Below, one piece after another: positions 40,001 to 51,257 of a stretch of DNA of 64,000 nt. The position numbers were made by a program, and so were the translations under genes. The notes below the pieces were generated by a model, which searched no databases, was not told the DNA's origin, and was given only the letters and a program-made list of their open reading frames with translations. Source of the DNA: Candidatus Kaiserbacteria bacterium CG10_big_fil_rev_8_21_14_0_10_47_16 (GTDB lineage: Bacteria > Patescibacteriota > Minisyncoccia > Phycocordibacterales > UBA918); assembly GCA_002773395.1 (NCBI GenBank), contig PFBI01000006.1:156657-220656 (forward strand). The letters run 5' to 3'. Position 1 is the first letter of the stretch; each line of letters opens with the position of its first letter.

Positions 40001-41314
40001 CTAAGATGCAATTGGAAGATTCGGTGGTGCTTCGCTTCGTGTTGACGGAATACGACCGACAGTCGGTGTGGTAACGACCTTGCCTGGAATATGGAATATT
40101 GTCGCAAGCTCCTCTGTCGTCATTATTTTCTTTCCATCCTTCGCTCCTCGCTGGGAGTATGACCGAAGTTTATACTCACGAAGCTCATCCTTCTTCCACG
40201 CCTGCTTCTTGCGACCACTCGGATCTTGCCACCAGTTCCAGTCATAGTCAGTGCGCCACCGCACGCCAAGCGCGTTGCGATTAATGTCGTCATATCCACG
40301 CCACGAAGTAATGAGCGAACCAATACGCTCCCCTGGCGTATACGCTTCGTTGGTCGCAATGTACATACCTCGAATAGCCACGTTAAACGCGTTCTTACCA
40401 AGACTTCGCTCCACTGCCTTAATAGTGTCTTTTTCGGTATCGGTAAGCTGCTGCATCACATTGCCTCCCGCATTTTCACCTGCACGCTTCTGAGCATCTG
40501 CAATCATCTTTTGAATAAAGGCATTCGCGGCAGGCTTCCAGTCTGATTGCTTCGTAAGCGACCCTTCCTTGAAACCGACATCTCGGTTTGCATCGATGAG
40601 AATCTGCGCCCAAAAATATTCGCCAGGACCAATCGCAGCAAACGGCTCGAGCATAGTGGTGATTGGATCAATTTTTTCTTCTTCCTTCGGCATAGTGTGC
40701 ATGCCGTATTCAATATATGTTTTGAGCGGCAATGCATCATCTTTCTTAAGATTGAAGTGGAGTGAGAAGTAGCTAAATCGACTCGGGTCCCACGGAATTT
40801 CTGACGTGTAATCCACATCAAGTTCAATCATTTCAACACCCGGATACTGCGAATAGAAACCTGCCTCTGCAATATTCTTAAATTTCTTCCGTGGGACATT
40901 AATATAGAAACGTACATCGCCACCTCGTGAAACAATTTCAAGACTGGTGACCGGAGGATGTTTTCCGTCCCAATACGTCTGGATATGGTTGTCCGGTGCA
41001 GCCGTTTGGTGGAGCTGATTGAGAATAAGCTCCATTACTTCTGGTGATTTAAATACTTCCTGCGGAATACGAATTTCGAGCGTAACTCTCCCCTGCTTCA
41101 GGTCAAACTCTCGTCGCACAAATTCAAGCCAGTACTCATAAAAAAGACCGAATGTAATGACGGGAAGCCATACTGGTGACGTAATGAGTATGATCTTTAC
41201 GGTCGCACTCGAAGATACATCGAGTGTAAAAAAAGCTGCACCGATCGCAATAATACCCAGCACCACCAATATGATGCCGCCGTTTGCTCCGAGATCCTCT
41301 AGTTTACTGAGCAT
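40001..41314 (-). CDS. Conserved hypothetical membrane protein
   Basis: N-terminal TMs, LEIRIPQEVFKSPEVME, SLEIVS, YSQYP, EELATIFHIP, EAPPNLP. Start set at MLSK. Confidence 0.75.
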   Translation of the reverse strand: MLSKLEDLGANGGIILVVLGIIAIGAAFFTLDVSSSATVKIILITSPVWLPVITFGLFYEYWLEFVRREFDLKQGRVTLEIRIPQEVFKSPEVMELILNQLHQTAAPDNHIQTYWDGKHPPVTSLEIVSRGGDVRFYINVPRKKFKNIAEAGFYSQYPGVEMIELDVDYTSEIPWDPSRFSYFSLHFNLKKDDALPLKTYIEYGMHTMPKEEEKIDPITTMLEPFAAIGPGEYFWAQILIDANRDVGFKEGSLTKQSDWKPAANAFIQKMIADAQKRAGENAGGNVMQQLTDTEKDTIKAVERSLGKNAFNVAIRGMYIATNEAYTPGERIGSLITSWRGYDDINRNALGVRWRTDYDWNWWQDPSGRKKQAWKKDELREYKLRSYSQRGAKDGKKIMTTEELATIFHIPGKVVTTPTVGRIPSTRSEAPPNLPIAS

Positions 41315-41432
41315 GTGTACACATTGTATCGTAAAATCCCCGTGGATGCGCAAAAACGTCGGGAATAACGACACCTGACCTTTGCGCACAACAAAAAACC
41401 AGCAGTGTGACTGCTGGTTTTTTGTTTATGTC

Positions 41433-42458
41433 TTACTCCAATACAATGTATGACCCGTCAGGGAGACGCTTGAACAGCGCTGGATCCTGTAGATTGACCA
41501 CAATCGTATTGTCCTTTACATATCGTTCTTTCCGAACCTTATCGATGATTTCTTCACGCGTCAGTGGACCGTGTTTCTGAAGAATATCCTGAAGCACATC
41601 CTTTACCACTCCTGCTGAGTATCCCCATTCTGTGAGCGCGTAGAGTCCGCGTCCAACAAGGACGAAGCGCTCATCTTTAATAAGTTCATTGTGCGTTGTC
41701 GCAGTATGCGCCTTCTTATCAAAGAGTTCGCCAATTGCTCCTGCAACTTCCTTAAAGTGCATTGGTGAACCGTGTCGCTTTACCGCGAGGTATGCATAAT
41801 CACGAATTCCCTTTGCACGCACATTTGGACTCTGGGCAGGTCCCCATTCACCGAGCGGATTGCATCCAATGTTCTTTGAAAGACGGAGCCAACGACGAAG
41901 CACTTCTTCTTTTCGGTATCGCTCTTCTACATCACCAAGTTCTTTTTGGAGACGTGCGATAATTTCATCTTCTGGCACAAGTTCATCTTCAGAGAGTGAA
42001 GAAAATACTTTTTCAAGTGCTCGTTCTACGGTATTAGAAACTTTCTGTTCGATATACCACCGATGATGGAATTCGTTGTTTTCTTTATTTCGGTAAAATG
42101 GACTACCGAGTACGAGAAGGAAATAGAGATGATTACGGGTTACTTCGTCTTTCGCAAGTTCTGAGAGGAGGTCTTCCTCAGAAACAACGGCACCGAGGCC
42201 ATCAATCGCAGCACGCATTTCATCAAACACCACCTGGAACTCATCGTAGGCTGGTGACTTCTGAATTGACTGGATAGCGTAGTTCTCAATCTGACGAACA
42301 CGCTCACGGGTGATCCCGTATGTCTGCCCAATTGATTCAAGGGTCTGCGCCTTTGTGTTCTTGCCGAGTCCGTAGCGCTTTTCAAGCACATCACGAGCAC
42401 GGTCAGGAAGCACTGCAAGCAGCTTCTTTGTGACCTGTTTTGGTGCAAATGTAACCAT
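41433..42458 (-). CDS. Sigma70 region-4 HTH protein with C-terminal winged-helix domains
   Basis: RYGL..TLESIGQTYGITRERVRQIE at the N-terminus; PMHF, HNELI.DERFVLVGRGLYAL.EWG at the C-terminus. Confidence 0.8.
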   Translation of the reverse strand: MVTFAPKQVTKKLLAVLPDRARDVLEKRYGLGKNTKAQTLESIGQTYGITRERVRQIENYAIQSIQKSPAYDEFQVVFDEMRAAIDGLGAVVSEEDLLSELAKDEVTRNHLYFLLVLGSPFYRNKENNEFHHRWYIEQKVSNTVERALEKVFSSLSEDELVPEDEIIARLQKELGDVEERYRKEEVLRRWLRLSKNIGCNPLGEWGPAQSPNVRAKGIRDYAYLAVKRHGSPMHFKEVAGAIGELFDKKAHTATTHNELIKDERFVLVGRGLYALTEWGYSAGVVKDVLQDILQKHGPLTREEIIDKVRKERYVKDNTIVVNLQDPALFKRLPDGSYIVLE

Positions 42459-42627
42459 ATTTATTAATATTATTTCCTCCTGTAATACATCGATTTCCGA
42501 GAAAATCAACTATTGATAGATCTATTTTTATCACGCCTTTCAAGATAAGTCAAGGCATCCAGATACCTCCCTCCCCGTATGTAGCGGTAGTTGACAATGT
42601 ACCTATATATGCTATAATGCATTCAAT

Positions 42628-43371
42628 ATGACAGAAGAAGGAAAAGGGCGCCTTGTCACAGGGCTTACCATACTTGGCTTTATAGCGGTGCTGGCACTGT
42701 GTGTTTTTGCTGCAGTTAAGCTCGTTCAACTTACTCCTAACATCTTCTCTTCCCTTGCGAACGTAACCGTCGGTACACAGGATGAATCCGACAGTACAGT
42801 AGCTACTACCGACACCACTAACGGTCCCTCTACCGTTACTATTATTCGGAATCCTGCGACAAGTACGCCCCCAACAGTAACTCCTGCAACAAGCACGCCG
42901 CAGCAACGACCGCCAGTTACACCACCGACGACACCGCAGCAACCTCCTGTGACGCCACAGCCACAACCCGAAACCTATACATACAATTACACATATCTTC
43001 CAACGTCAGATCCAAACGGGTACACCGACCTCGTCGCGCGTGTATACGCAACAGGGTACGTGCGTAATCACACCTTCGTTGAAAGTCCGTACGTTGATAC
43101 GAATGATACCGCCGCGGTGCAGATATCAGTGAAAAATACGGGTACCAAAACATCTGACCGTTTCGATGTTGATATCACACTTCCAACCGGCGATGACTTC
43201 TCGCTTGATAACCAGGCAGGTATTCAGCCAAATGAAGAAGTGATCATCACCTTCTCGTTTGATCCACGAAGCCTCTCAGGTACCCGATCATTTGATGGAC
43301 GAGTCTCTGTATCGAACGATGTAAATGTTTCAAGCAACTCATTCTACGGAACCGTACAATTTCGAAACTAA
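42628..43371 (+). CDS. Membrane-anchored protein with Pro/Thr linker and CARDB-like Ig domain
   Basis: TM; PPTVTPATSTPQQ linker; DL...VKNTGTK...SNN. Confidence 0.75.
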   Translation: MTEEGKGRLVTGLTILGFIAVLALCVFAAVKLVQLTPNIFSSLANVTVGTQDESDSTVATTDTTNGPSTVTIIRNPATSTPPTVTPATSTPQQRPPVTPPTTPQQPPVTPQPQPETYTYNYTYLPTSDPNGYTDLVARVYATGYVRNHTFVESPYVDTNDTAAVQISVKNTGTKTSDRFDVDITLPTGDDFSLDNQAGIQPNEEVIITFSFDPRSLSGTRSFDGRVSVSNDVNVSSNSFYGTVQFRN

Positions 43372-43413
43372 ATAAGAAAAGCCCCGCGGCAGAGCCGCGG
43401 GGCTTTTCTTATT
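43370..43413. terminator. Bidirectional terminator
   Basis: aaataagaaaagccccgcggc-aga-gccgcggggcttttcttattt. Confidence 0.8.
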
Positions 43414-43424
43414 TAAAAACAGTT

Positions 43425-45518
43425 CTAAACGTCGACGTTCGCAAGACGAGCATTGGACTGGATAAACGACTTCCGGTTTGATACGTCTGTCCCCATCAAG
43501 ATATCAAATACCTTATCTGCTTCCTGTGCATCTTCAACGTGAACCTGCTTAAGTAAGCGGTTTCCTGGATTCATAGTCGTTTCCCAAAGCTCATCGGGGT
43601 TCATTTCCCCCAGTCCCTTATATCGTTGGATACGAACACGCGACGCCTTCTTTGTTGACTCTACTTCTTCATCTTCCTCTGGAAGCGGTTCTGGTTCCTC
43701 ACCATCTTCACTCACGACCTCAACTTCAACAACCTCTTCCCCGAGACTCTTGAGTATCGCAACCTTCTCTTCATCGGTATATGCGTAGTGGGTTTCTTTA
43801 CCCTTTTGAATCTTATAGAGTGGCGGTTGCGCAATGTAGAGATACCCACCATCAATAATCGGACGGAAATATCGGAAAAAGAGTGTGAGGAGCAGCGTAC
43901 GAATGTGGGCTCCATCGACGTCCGCATCCGTTGCAATGATGATTTTGTGGTATCGAAGTTTTGTAATATCGAATACGTCACCAATAGCAGTGCCGAGCGC
44001 AACGACGAGATTCTTAATCTGTTCAGAGCCAAGCATGCGGTCAATACGTGCACGTTCAACGTTGAGAATTTTTCCACGGAGCGGAAGGATTGCCTGTGTA
44101 CGACGATCACGTCCCATCTTTGCAGAACCACCCGCAGAGTCTCCCTCTACAATGAAGAGCTCTGACTCTTCAGCACTCTTTGTCTGACAGTCTGCGAGCT
44201 TACCTGGCAGCGTCATTCCTTCGAGAACTCCCTTACGGAGTACCGAGTCTTTCGCTGCCTTCGCTGCCTTACGCGCCTTTACCGCAATAACCACCTTGTT
44301 GATGACTGCCTTTGCGTCATCAGGGTTCTCTTCGAGGAACATTGAAAATGCTTCACCAAAGACTGACTCCACCGCACTGCGCGCTTCTACAGAACCAAGC
44401 TTCGCTTTCGTTTGGCCTTCAAACTGAATCTCGGGCATCTTTACCGATACCACCACCGTGAGACCTTCGAGCACGTCGTCACCGGTAAATCCATCGTCTT
44501 TATCTTTAATCAGATTGTTCTTCTTTCCGTACGTATTGAGTGTTCGCGTGAGTGCCGTCTTGAATCCAGTGATATGAGTCCCGTGTTCACTGTTATAGAT
44601 ATTGTTTGCAAACGCAGAAATGCGTGCAGAAATATCGTCTACGTACTGAAGCGCTATTTCTACCGACTGTACGTCCGAATCATACGGCTCATCAATTGTT
44701 CCCTTTTCAACATAAAAAATATTCTTGTGTACCGGTTTCTGATAGTGGTTATTGAATGCCACGAGTGACTTCAGTCCTCCTTCAAAATAGAAGGTTTCAC
44801 TTGGCACCTCGTGTTTTTCATCCGCAAGATAAATAACATCTTCGAGTGACTCGGGGTCAAGCTTTGCATCAGATTCGCGTGCGTCGATTACAGAAAGGCG
44901 CATTCCTTTTACGAGATATGCTTGCTGCCGCAAGTGAGCAACGATTCGCTTCCATTCATATTTAATCTCTGTAAAGATAACAGGGTCAGCTTGGAACATG
45001 ACAATCGAACCATTGAATTTTGTGGCAGATAGTTTCTTCACTCGAGCCTTCGCCTTACCAATGTTGTACTCCTGCATGTGGTGCCCACCATCCTTGTGCA
45101 CATCAACGCGCATGTGCGTAGAGAGTGCATTTACTACAGAAGAGCCCACACCGTGAAGACCTCCTGATACTTTGTATCCTGTGTCCTCCCCACCGAACTT
45201 ACCTCCGGCATGGAGCGTTGTCATAATCGTCTCGAGTGCAGACACTTTTGTCTGCTTGTGAATATCAACAGGAATGCCGCGCCCGTTGTCGACGACACGA
45301 ATGTAGTTATCAGGGAGAAGTGCAACTTCTACTCGGTCAGCAAAACCACCCATCGCTTCATCGCGTGAGTTATCAAAGATCTCCCAAATAAGGTGATGGA
45401 GTCCATCGGGCCCTGTAGTACCGATGTACATACCCGGTCGCTTTCGCACTGGTTCGAGACCTTCTAGGATTTGGATTGATGAAGCACTGTACCCTCCTTT
45501 TTCAGATTTTTTTGCCAT
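43425..45518 (-). CDS. gyrB: DNA gyrase subunit B
   Basis: LEPVRKRPGMYIG, SGGLHGVG, EGDSAGG, PLRGKILN, DADVDG, QRYKGLGEMNP. Confidence 0.98.
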   Translation of the reverse strand: MAKKSEKGGYSASSIQILEGLEPVRKRPGMYIGTTGPDGLHHLIWEIFDNSRDEAMGGFADRVEVALLPDNYIRVVDNGRGIPVDIHKQTKVSALETIMTTLHAGGKFGGEDTGYKVSGGLHGVGSSVVNALSTHMRVDVHKDGGHHMQEYNIGKAKARVKKLSATKFNGSIVMFQADPVIFTEIKYEWKRIVAHLRQQAYLVKGMRLSVIDARESDAKLDPESLEDVIYLADEKHEVPSETFYFEGGLKSLVAFNNHYQKPVHKNIFYVEKGTIDEPYDSDVQSVEIALQYVDDISARISAFANNIYNSEHGTHITGFKTALTRTLNTYGKKNNLIKDKDDGFTGDDVLEGLTVVVSVKMPEIQFEGQTKAKLGSVEARSAVESVFGEAFSMFLEENPDDAKAVINKVVIAVKARKAAKAAKDSVLRKGVLEGMTLPGKLADCQTKSAEESELFIVEGDSAGGSAKMGRDRRTQAILPLRGKILNVERARIDRMLGSEQIKNLVVALGTAIGDVFDITKLRYHKIIIATDADVDGAHIRTLLLTLFFRYFRPIIDGGYLYIAQPPLYKIQKGKETHYAYTDEEKVAILKSLGEEVVEVEVVSEDGEEPEPLPEEDEEVESTKKASRVRIQRYKGLGEMNPDELWETTMNPGNRLLKQVHVEDAQEADKVFDILMGTDVSNRKSFIQSNARLANVDV

Positions 45519-45594
45519 AGTATAAAAAATGAGCAAACTGCTCAGACCCTTAGATTATAGCAAATAATACATAAAAAGCATACCGAAAAATGAT

Positions 45595-45635
45595 GAAAAA
45601 GCCCTGAAATTGCAAGGCAATTTCAGGGCTTTTTC
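45595..45635 (-). terminator. Terminator after rpoD and its trailer
   Basis: aaaagccctgaaattgc-aag-gcaatttcagggctttt. Confidence 0.75.
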
Positions 45636-45836
45636 TAGTACGATTTGAGCGTCGTCGAGCTTGGAGAAACAATGAGCTATGATAATAGCGATTATGTTTC
45701 TCCAGTCGTCGAGCCAAAAGAAATTAAGGAAATGCCAATGGCATTGACTATAATTTCTCTGTGCCAGACCTTTTGAATTTTTGACAAATTCCCTGTCAAA
45801 AATTCAAAAGCAAATCGTACCTTAGTACGATTTGAG
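45636..45836 (-). repeat. rpoD 3' trailer element bounded by a 14 bp direct repeat of the gene end
   Basis: tagtacgatttgag at 45636-45649 and 45823-45836; inverted copy caaatcgtac at 45811-45820; internal hairpins. Confidence 0.75.
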
Positions 45837-47168
45837 ACGTCTGGCCTTCTCGTGTTGCCGAATCTTCTCGAGGGCTTTTGCCTCAATCTGACGAATACGC
45901 TCTCGCGTTACACCGAACTCTTTCCCTACCTCTTCGAGTGTATGGTAAGTACCATCAATGAGTCCGTGACGCATTTCAAGAATCTTCCGCTCCTTCTCTG
46001 ACAATGTGTCGAGAATTTCCTGCATCTGATCCGCAAGAATACGGTGTGCAACTTCTTGGTCTGGAGAGATGATTTTGTCGTCTGAGATAAAGTCAGAGAG
46101 ACGTGAACGATCATCATCGTCAGCTCCCACCGGCAGCTCGAGTGAGATGGTATCCTGACTAATCTTTTCAATTTGGTAAATCTTTTCTACTTCAACGTTC
46201 ATTTCAGTTGCGATCTCTTCTGGCATTGGATCACGCCCAAGATCTTGTGCTAACCGTCGTGACACCTGCTTGTACTTCGCCATTGTTTCCACCATGTGCA
46301 CCGGAATACGAATCGTACGCGATTGGTCAGCGAGCGCTCGGGTAATTGCCTGACGAATCCACCATGTTGCATAGGTCGAGAACTTGAATCCCTTTTCATG
46401 ATCAAATTTATCAACAGCCTTAAAGAGACCGAGGTTCCCTTCCTGAATAAGGTCGAGGAGTGTTAAGTCGGGAGACCGACCAACATACTTCTTTGCAATC
46501 GAAACCACGAGACGGAGGTTTGCGCGCGCAAGCAAGTTGCGAGCCTCTTCATCCTCCTCAATAATACGCTTCGCAAGATCTCGCTCTTCCTGTGCTGAGA
46601 GGAGTGGGTACTGTCCAATTTCTCGGAGGTACATTTGAATAGAGTCGTGTCCGTTATCAGAACGTTTGTAGACGTTGCGCTTATCGTGCAACATGTCGCT
46701 CACGTCATCCCCAAGCATTCCTCCGCTTTCAAGAATATCAACACTTGCCGTCGCGAGACGTTCGTAGAGATCTTCAAGAAATGGTACGTCGCGCTCAATC
46801 TGTGGAAACGCTTTGAGAATTTCGTCGTATGTGACATATCCACGATCACGCCCTGCTTGCAGGAGCTGCTGCGCTTTACTTTCGTTTTCTTTTTCGAGCT
46901 TTGTGCGTTTCTTCGGCTTCGCAGGTACGACGCGCTTTGCCGCTTTCTTTGCAGTTTTCTTAGGTGCTGTCTTCTTTACTGGCTTCTTGGTAGCTTTCTT
47001 CACTACCTTCTGAGTCTTCTTTTTGGCTACTTTTTTAGTAGTTTTCTTCGTTGTTTTTTTGGCAGTTGTGTTTTTAGCTTTCTTTGAAGCCACTTTTTTT
47101 GTTGCCTTTTTTACGGTTTTTTTGACCGCTTTTTTTACTACTTTTTTTGTTGCCTTTTTGGCAGCCAT
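45822..47168 (-). CDS. rpoD: Primary sigma factor with histone H1-like Lys/Ala-rich N-terminus
   Basis: [53 protein letters not shown]. Confidence 0.96.
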   Translation of the reverse strand: MAAKKATKKVVKKAVKKTVKKATKKVASKKAKNTTAKKTTKKTTKKVAKKKTQKVVKKATKKPVKKTAPKKTAKKAAKRVVPAKPKKRTKLEKENESKAQQLLQAGRDRGYVTYDEILKAFPQIERDVPFLEDLYERLATASVDILESGGMLGDDVSDMLHDKRNVYKRSDNGHDSIQMYLREIGQYPLLSAQEERDLAKRIIEEDEEARNLLARANLRLVVSIAKKYVGRSPDLTLLDLIQEGNLGLFKAVDKFDHEKGFKFSTYATWWIRQAITRALADQSRTIRIPVHMVETMAKYKQVSRRLAQDLGRDPMPEEIATEMNVEVEKIYQIEKISQDTISLELPVGADDDDRSRLSDFISDDKIISPDQEVAHRILADQMQEILDTLSEKERKILEMRHGLIDGTYHTLEEVGKEFGVTRERIRQIEAKALEKIRQHEKARRLKSY

Positions 47169-47223
47169 AGTGAAGCCCACTATACCTTACACCAGAGAAA
47201 AGTCCAGAGCCCCGAGGATTCTC

Positions 47224-48933
47224 TTAAAGGGTAATCGTAATATGTAACTGATGTTGCGAATCCGTCATTTCACCAATCAAGGCTGGGATATCGTCCGAGT
47301 CTCCTCGTCGCTCCGCTTCTTGGATGCGTGAGCGGATGTCTGCAGCACGTCTTCGTGCCATAAGTCTCGCACACTCGGTCAGTCGATCTGAAAGTTCTTC
47401 ACGCAATTGCCGATCACTATAAGCACTAAACTCCTCTTCGAGTGTGAAGGCGAGTTTATTACGTCGTCCAATATCTGAATGTATTTCTTCGGTGATACCG
47501 AGTGTTTGTAAATGTTTCTCAAGTGCTTCCCCGAGTGTTTTTCGGTCGGAGGACAAGAGCAGGTCGCGCATGACAAGGAAATAGGTGACCAAATCCTCGT
47601 ACCGTGTGTTTGTCTGGACTGGCTCTTGCGCCATCGCGCGATACTCATCTGCCGGTTCTCCTTTTCCTTCCTCATTCAATCGCTCCACTTCAAAATGTAT
47701 CCCCTCTTTTGTTGTCTCGAGTGCTTTGGCAATAACGTTTTCAAAATGTTCACGGTCAATGCGATTTGGCATTCGTGCAAGGATCGGAAGAATTTCTTCT
47801 CGCACCTGTAGTTTATAGGTACGATCATCCTTCAAATCTCGCTTCAGTACACTAAGCAAGAACTCAACAACATGGAGTGCTTCCCCCACCATGTGTTTAA
47901 AGCGCTGCGAATCTTCTTTAATAATATCTGCCGGATCTTTCCCATCTTCAATATTCACTACCTTCACGTCCATACCGCGCGCAAGCATCATACCCGACGC
48001 ACGCTTCACTGCTGCAATGCCTGCTCTATCTGAATCAAGCGCAAGTACCGCTCTATTTGAGAGTCGCTGTAGTAGCTCAATATGATGCGCTGTAAGCGCA
48101 GTGCCTGAAACCGCAACCGTATTGCTATAGCCTGCTTGGTGCGCGAGCACAAGATCAAACTGTCCCTCCACAAGGATAGAAAAATCGAACTTACGAATGC
48201 TCTGCTTCGCCTTATCGTACCCAAAAAGAATATCTGACTTTTGATAAAATTCTGTCTCTGGAGAGTTTACGTACTTTGGTGTTTCTTTATCTTGCGAAAG
48301 CGTTCGTCCTGAGAAGGCAACGATGCGCCCACTGTTGTCGGCAATCGGAAACATAATGCGGTTTCGAAATACATCATAGGGCTCTTTGCCTCCGTCGGCT
48401 GTTTTGATAAGGCCTGCACTCTGTATCTGCGCATCCGTATACCCCTTCTCTTGCAAGTGCTCACGGAGTGAACGCCATGCATCAGGCGCAAAGCCAATGC
48501 GCCACGTGTGTATCGTCTTACCAGAGACACCGCGATCCAAGACGTAATCCTGTGCACCTTTGGTATTTACTCCCTGCTGAAAGAAGAATTTCGTTGCGTC
48601 TTCAATGAGTACATACTGCGTATCACGCGCATCACGCTTTTGCGGATCTTCTTGTACGAGTTCCACTCCCGCCTTTTCTGCAAGAATAGCGAGCGCTCCT
48701 TTGAAATCGACTCCCTCCATCTTTTCTATAAACGTAAAGACATCTCCCCCTTGATTCGATGAAAAACAATAGTACATCCCGCGGTCCGGAGAAACATAAA
48801 ATGAGGGTGTCTTCTCAGTCGTAAACGGTGACTTCCCTTTATAATTCTTCCCCGCTTTGTGAAGCTCGACATATGACGAAACCACATCGAGAATGGAGAG
48901 TCTCTCTTTGATTTTCGTTACATTGTCATTCAT
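47224..48933 (-). CDS. dnaG: DNA primase
   Basis: EKTPSF, FRNRIMFPI, AFSGR, KYVNSPET, VEGQFD, DSDRAG, KDP. Confidence 0.96.
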   Translation of the reverse strand: MNDNVTKIKERLSILDVVSSYVELHKAGKNYKGKSPFTTEKTPSFYVSPDRGMYYCFSSNQGGDVFTFIEKMEGVDFKGALAILAEKAGVELVQEDPQKRDARDTQYVLIEDATKFFFQQGVNTKGAQDYVLDRGVSGKTIHTWRIGFAPDAWRSLREHLQEKGYTDAQIQSAGLIKTADGGKEPYDVFRNRIMFPIADNSGRIVAFSGRTLSQDKETPKYVNSPETEFYQKSDILFGYDKAKQSIRKFDFSILVEGQFDLVLAHQAGYSNTVAVSGTALTAHHIELLQRLSNRAVLALDSDRAGIAAVKRASGMMLARGMDVKVVNIEDGKDPADIIKEDSQRFKHMVGEALHVVEFLLSVLKRDLKDDRTYKLQVREEILPILARMPNRIDREHFENVIAKALETTKEGIHFEVERLNEEGKGEPADEYRAMAQEPVQTNTRYEDLVTYFLVMRDLLLSSDRKTLGEALEKHLQTLGITEEIHSDIGRRNKLAFTLEEEFSAYSDRQLREELSDRLTECARLMARRRAADIRSRIQEAERRGDSDDIPALIGEMTDSQHQLHITITL

Positions 48934-48942
48934 ATACGTTGT

Positions 48943-49398
48943 CTAACTTACGTCACTGAGTACTTCACCTGCGTGTACTGCAGGTTTTACCTTTTCGTAT
49001 ATCTTTGCAATCTTCCCTGCTTCATCAATTAAAAAACTTCTGCGTACAATACCTTCGTACTCCCGGCCGTACATTTTCTTCTTCTGCCACACACCGTAGG
49101 CTTGTACCACCTTTTTATCTTCATCTGCAAGGAGTGGGAACGGGAGTGTAAACTTCTCTGCAAATCTTTTGTGACTTGCAACCGAGTCAGCACTCACCCC
49201 AAAAATAACGAGTCCGTTCTTTTTAAAGTCTTTGTACCCATCACGAAAATTGCAGGCTTCGGTGGTGCATCCCGATGTGTCGTCCTTTGGATAGAAGTAG
49301 AGTAAAACCTTTTTTCCTGCGTAGTCTTTCAAAGAATGGACCGTCCCATTCTGGTCCTTAAGTTTAAATGCTGGAGCTTTTTTCCCAATCTGTATCAT
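48943..49398 (-). CDS. bcp: Peroxiredoxin Bcp
   Basis: YFYPKDDTSGCTTEAC. Confidence 0.93.
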   Translation of the reverse strand: MIQIGKKAPAFKLKDQNGTVHSLKDYAGKKVLLYFYPKDDTSGCTTEACNFRDGYKDFKKNGLVIFGVSADSVASHKRFAEKFTLPFPLLADEDKKVVQAYGVWQKKKMYGREYEGIVRRSFLIDEAGKIAKIYEKVKPAVHAGEVLSDVS

Positions 49399-49413
49399 AA
49401 ATATTTTCTACCT

Positions 49414-49531
49414 CGCGCGTACAATCAGTGACATACGAGGAGCACAAGAAAAATAAAACGAGACGTACTTTGATGGTACGATGATTTTTATGTTTCGTAG
49501 TGCGACAAAATAGGTCGCGATTGTATGTGCG
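49414..49531. repeat. CGTAC/GTACG-core structured repeat, copy 1
   Basis: atacgaggagcac...cgtactttgatggtacg...gtgcgacaaaatag within a closing stem. Confidence 0.65.
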
Positions 49532-49537
49532 CTGTTA

Positions 49538-49780
49538 CTATAGTAGCACAGTCACTAAACCCCTACTTACCTCGAGCATTCCGCCATTTGCTTCAAAGAA
49601 AAGCTCTGTTCCCTCGGGAGTGCGGACCGTAATAGCCCCCTTTTTCAGTGGTGAAATGAGGGGTGTATGCTCTGCAAGAATCGTCATTTCCCCTTCAACG
49701 CCAGGTACGATCATAGACGCCGCATCTCCGCGAAAGAGCGCTTCATCTACTTTTGCAATGGTGAGTGGAAATGTTTTCAT
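49538..49780 (-). CDS. atpC: ATP synthase epsilon subunit, N-terminal domain only
   Basis: PGVEGEMTILAEHTPLIS.L..G, GGMLEV; 80 aa. Confidence 0.9.
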   Translation of the reverse strand: MKTFPLTIAKVDEALFRGDAASMIVPGVEGEMTILAEHTPLISPLKKGAITVRTPEGTELFFEANGGMLEVSRGLVTVLL

Positions 49781-49784
49781 GTAA

Positions 49785-51185
<1,401 letters not shown>

Positions 51186-51257
51186 TCACTCTGTTCTCTA
51201 TTAATACTCTTGAGAACTGTAACCAAAGCACCTCGTGAGGCGCGCTCGTTACAGCAC

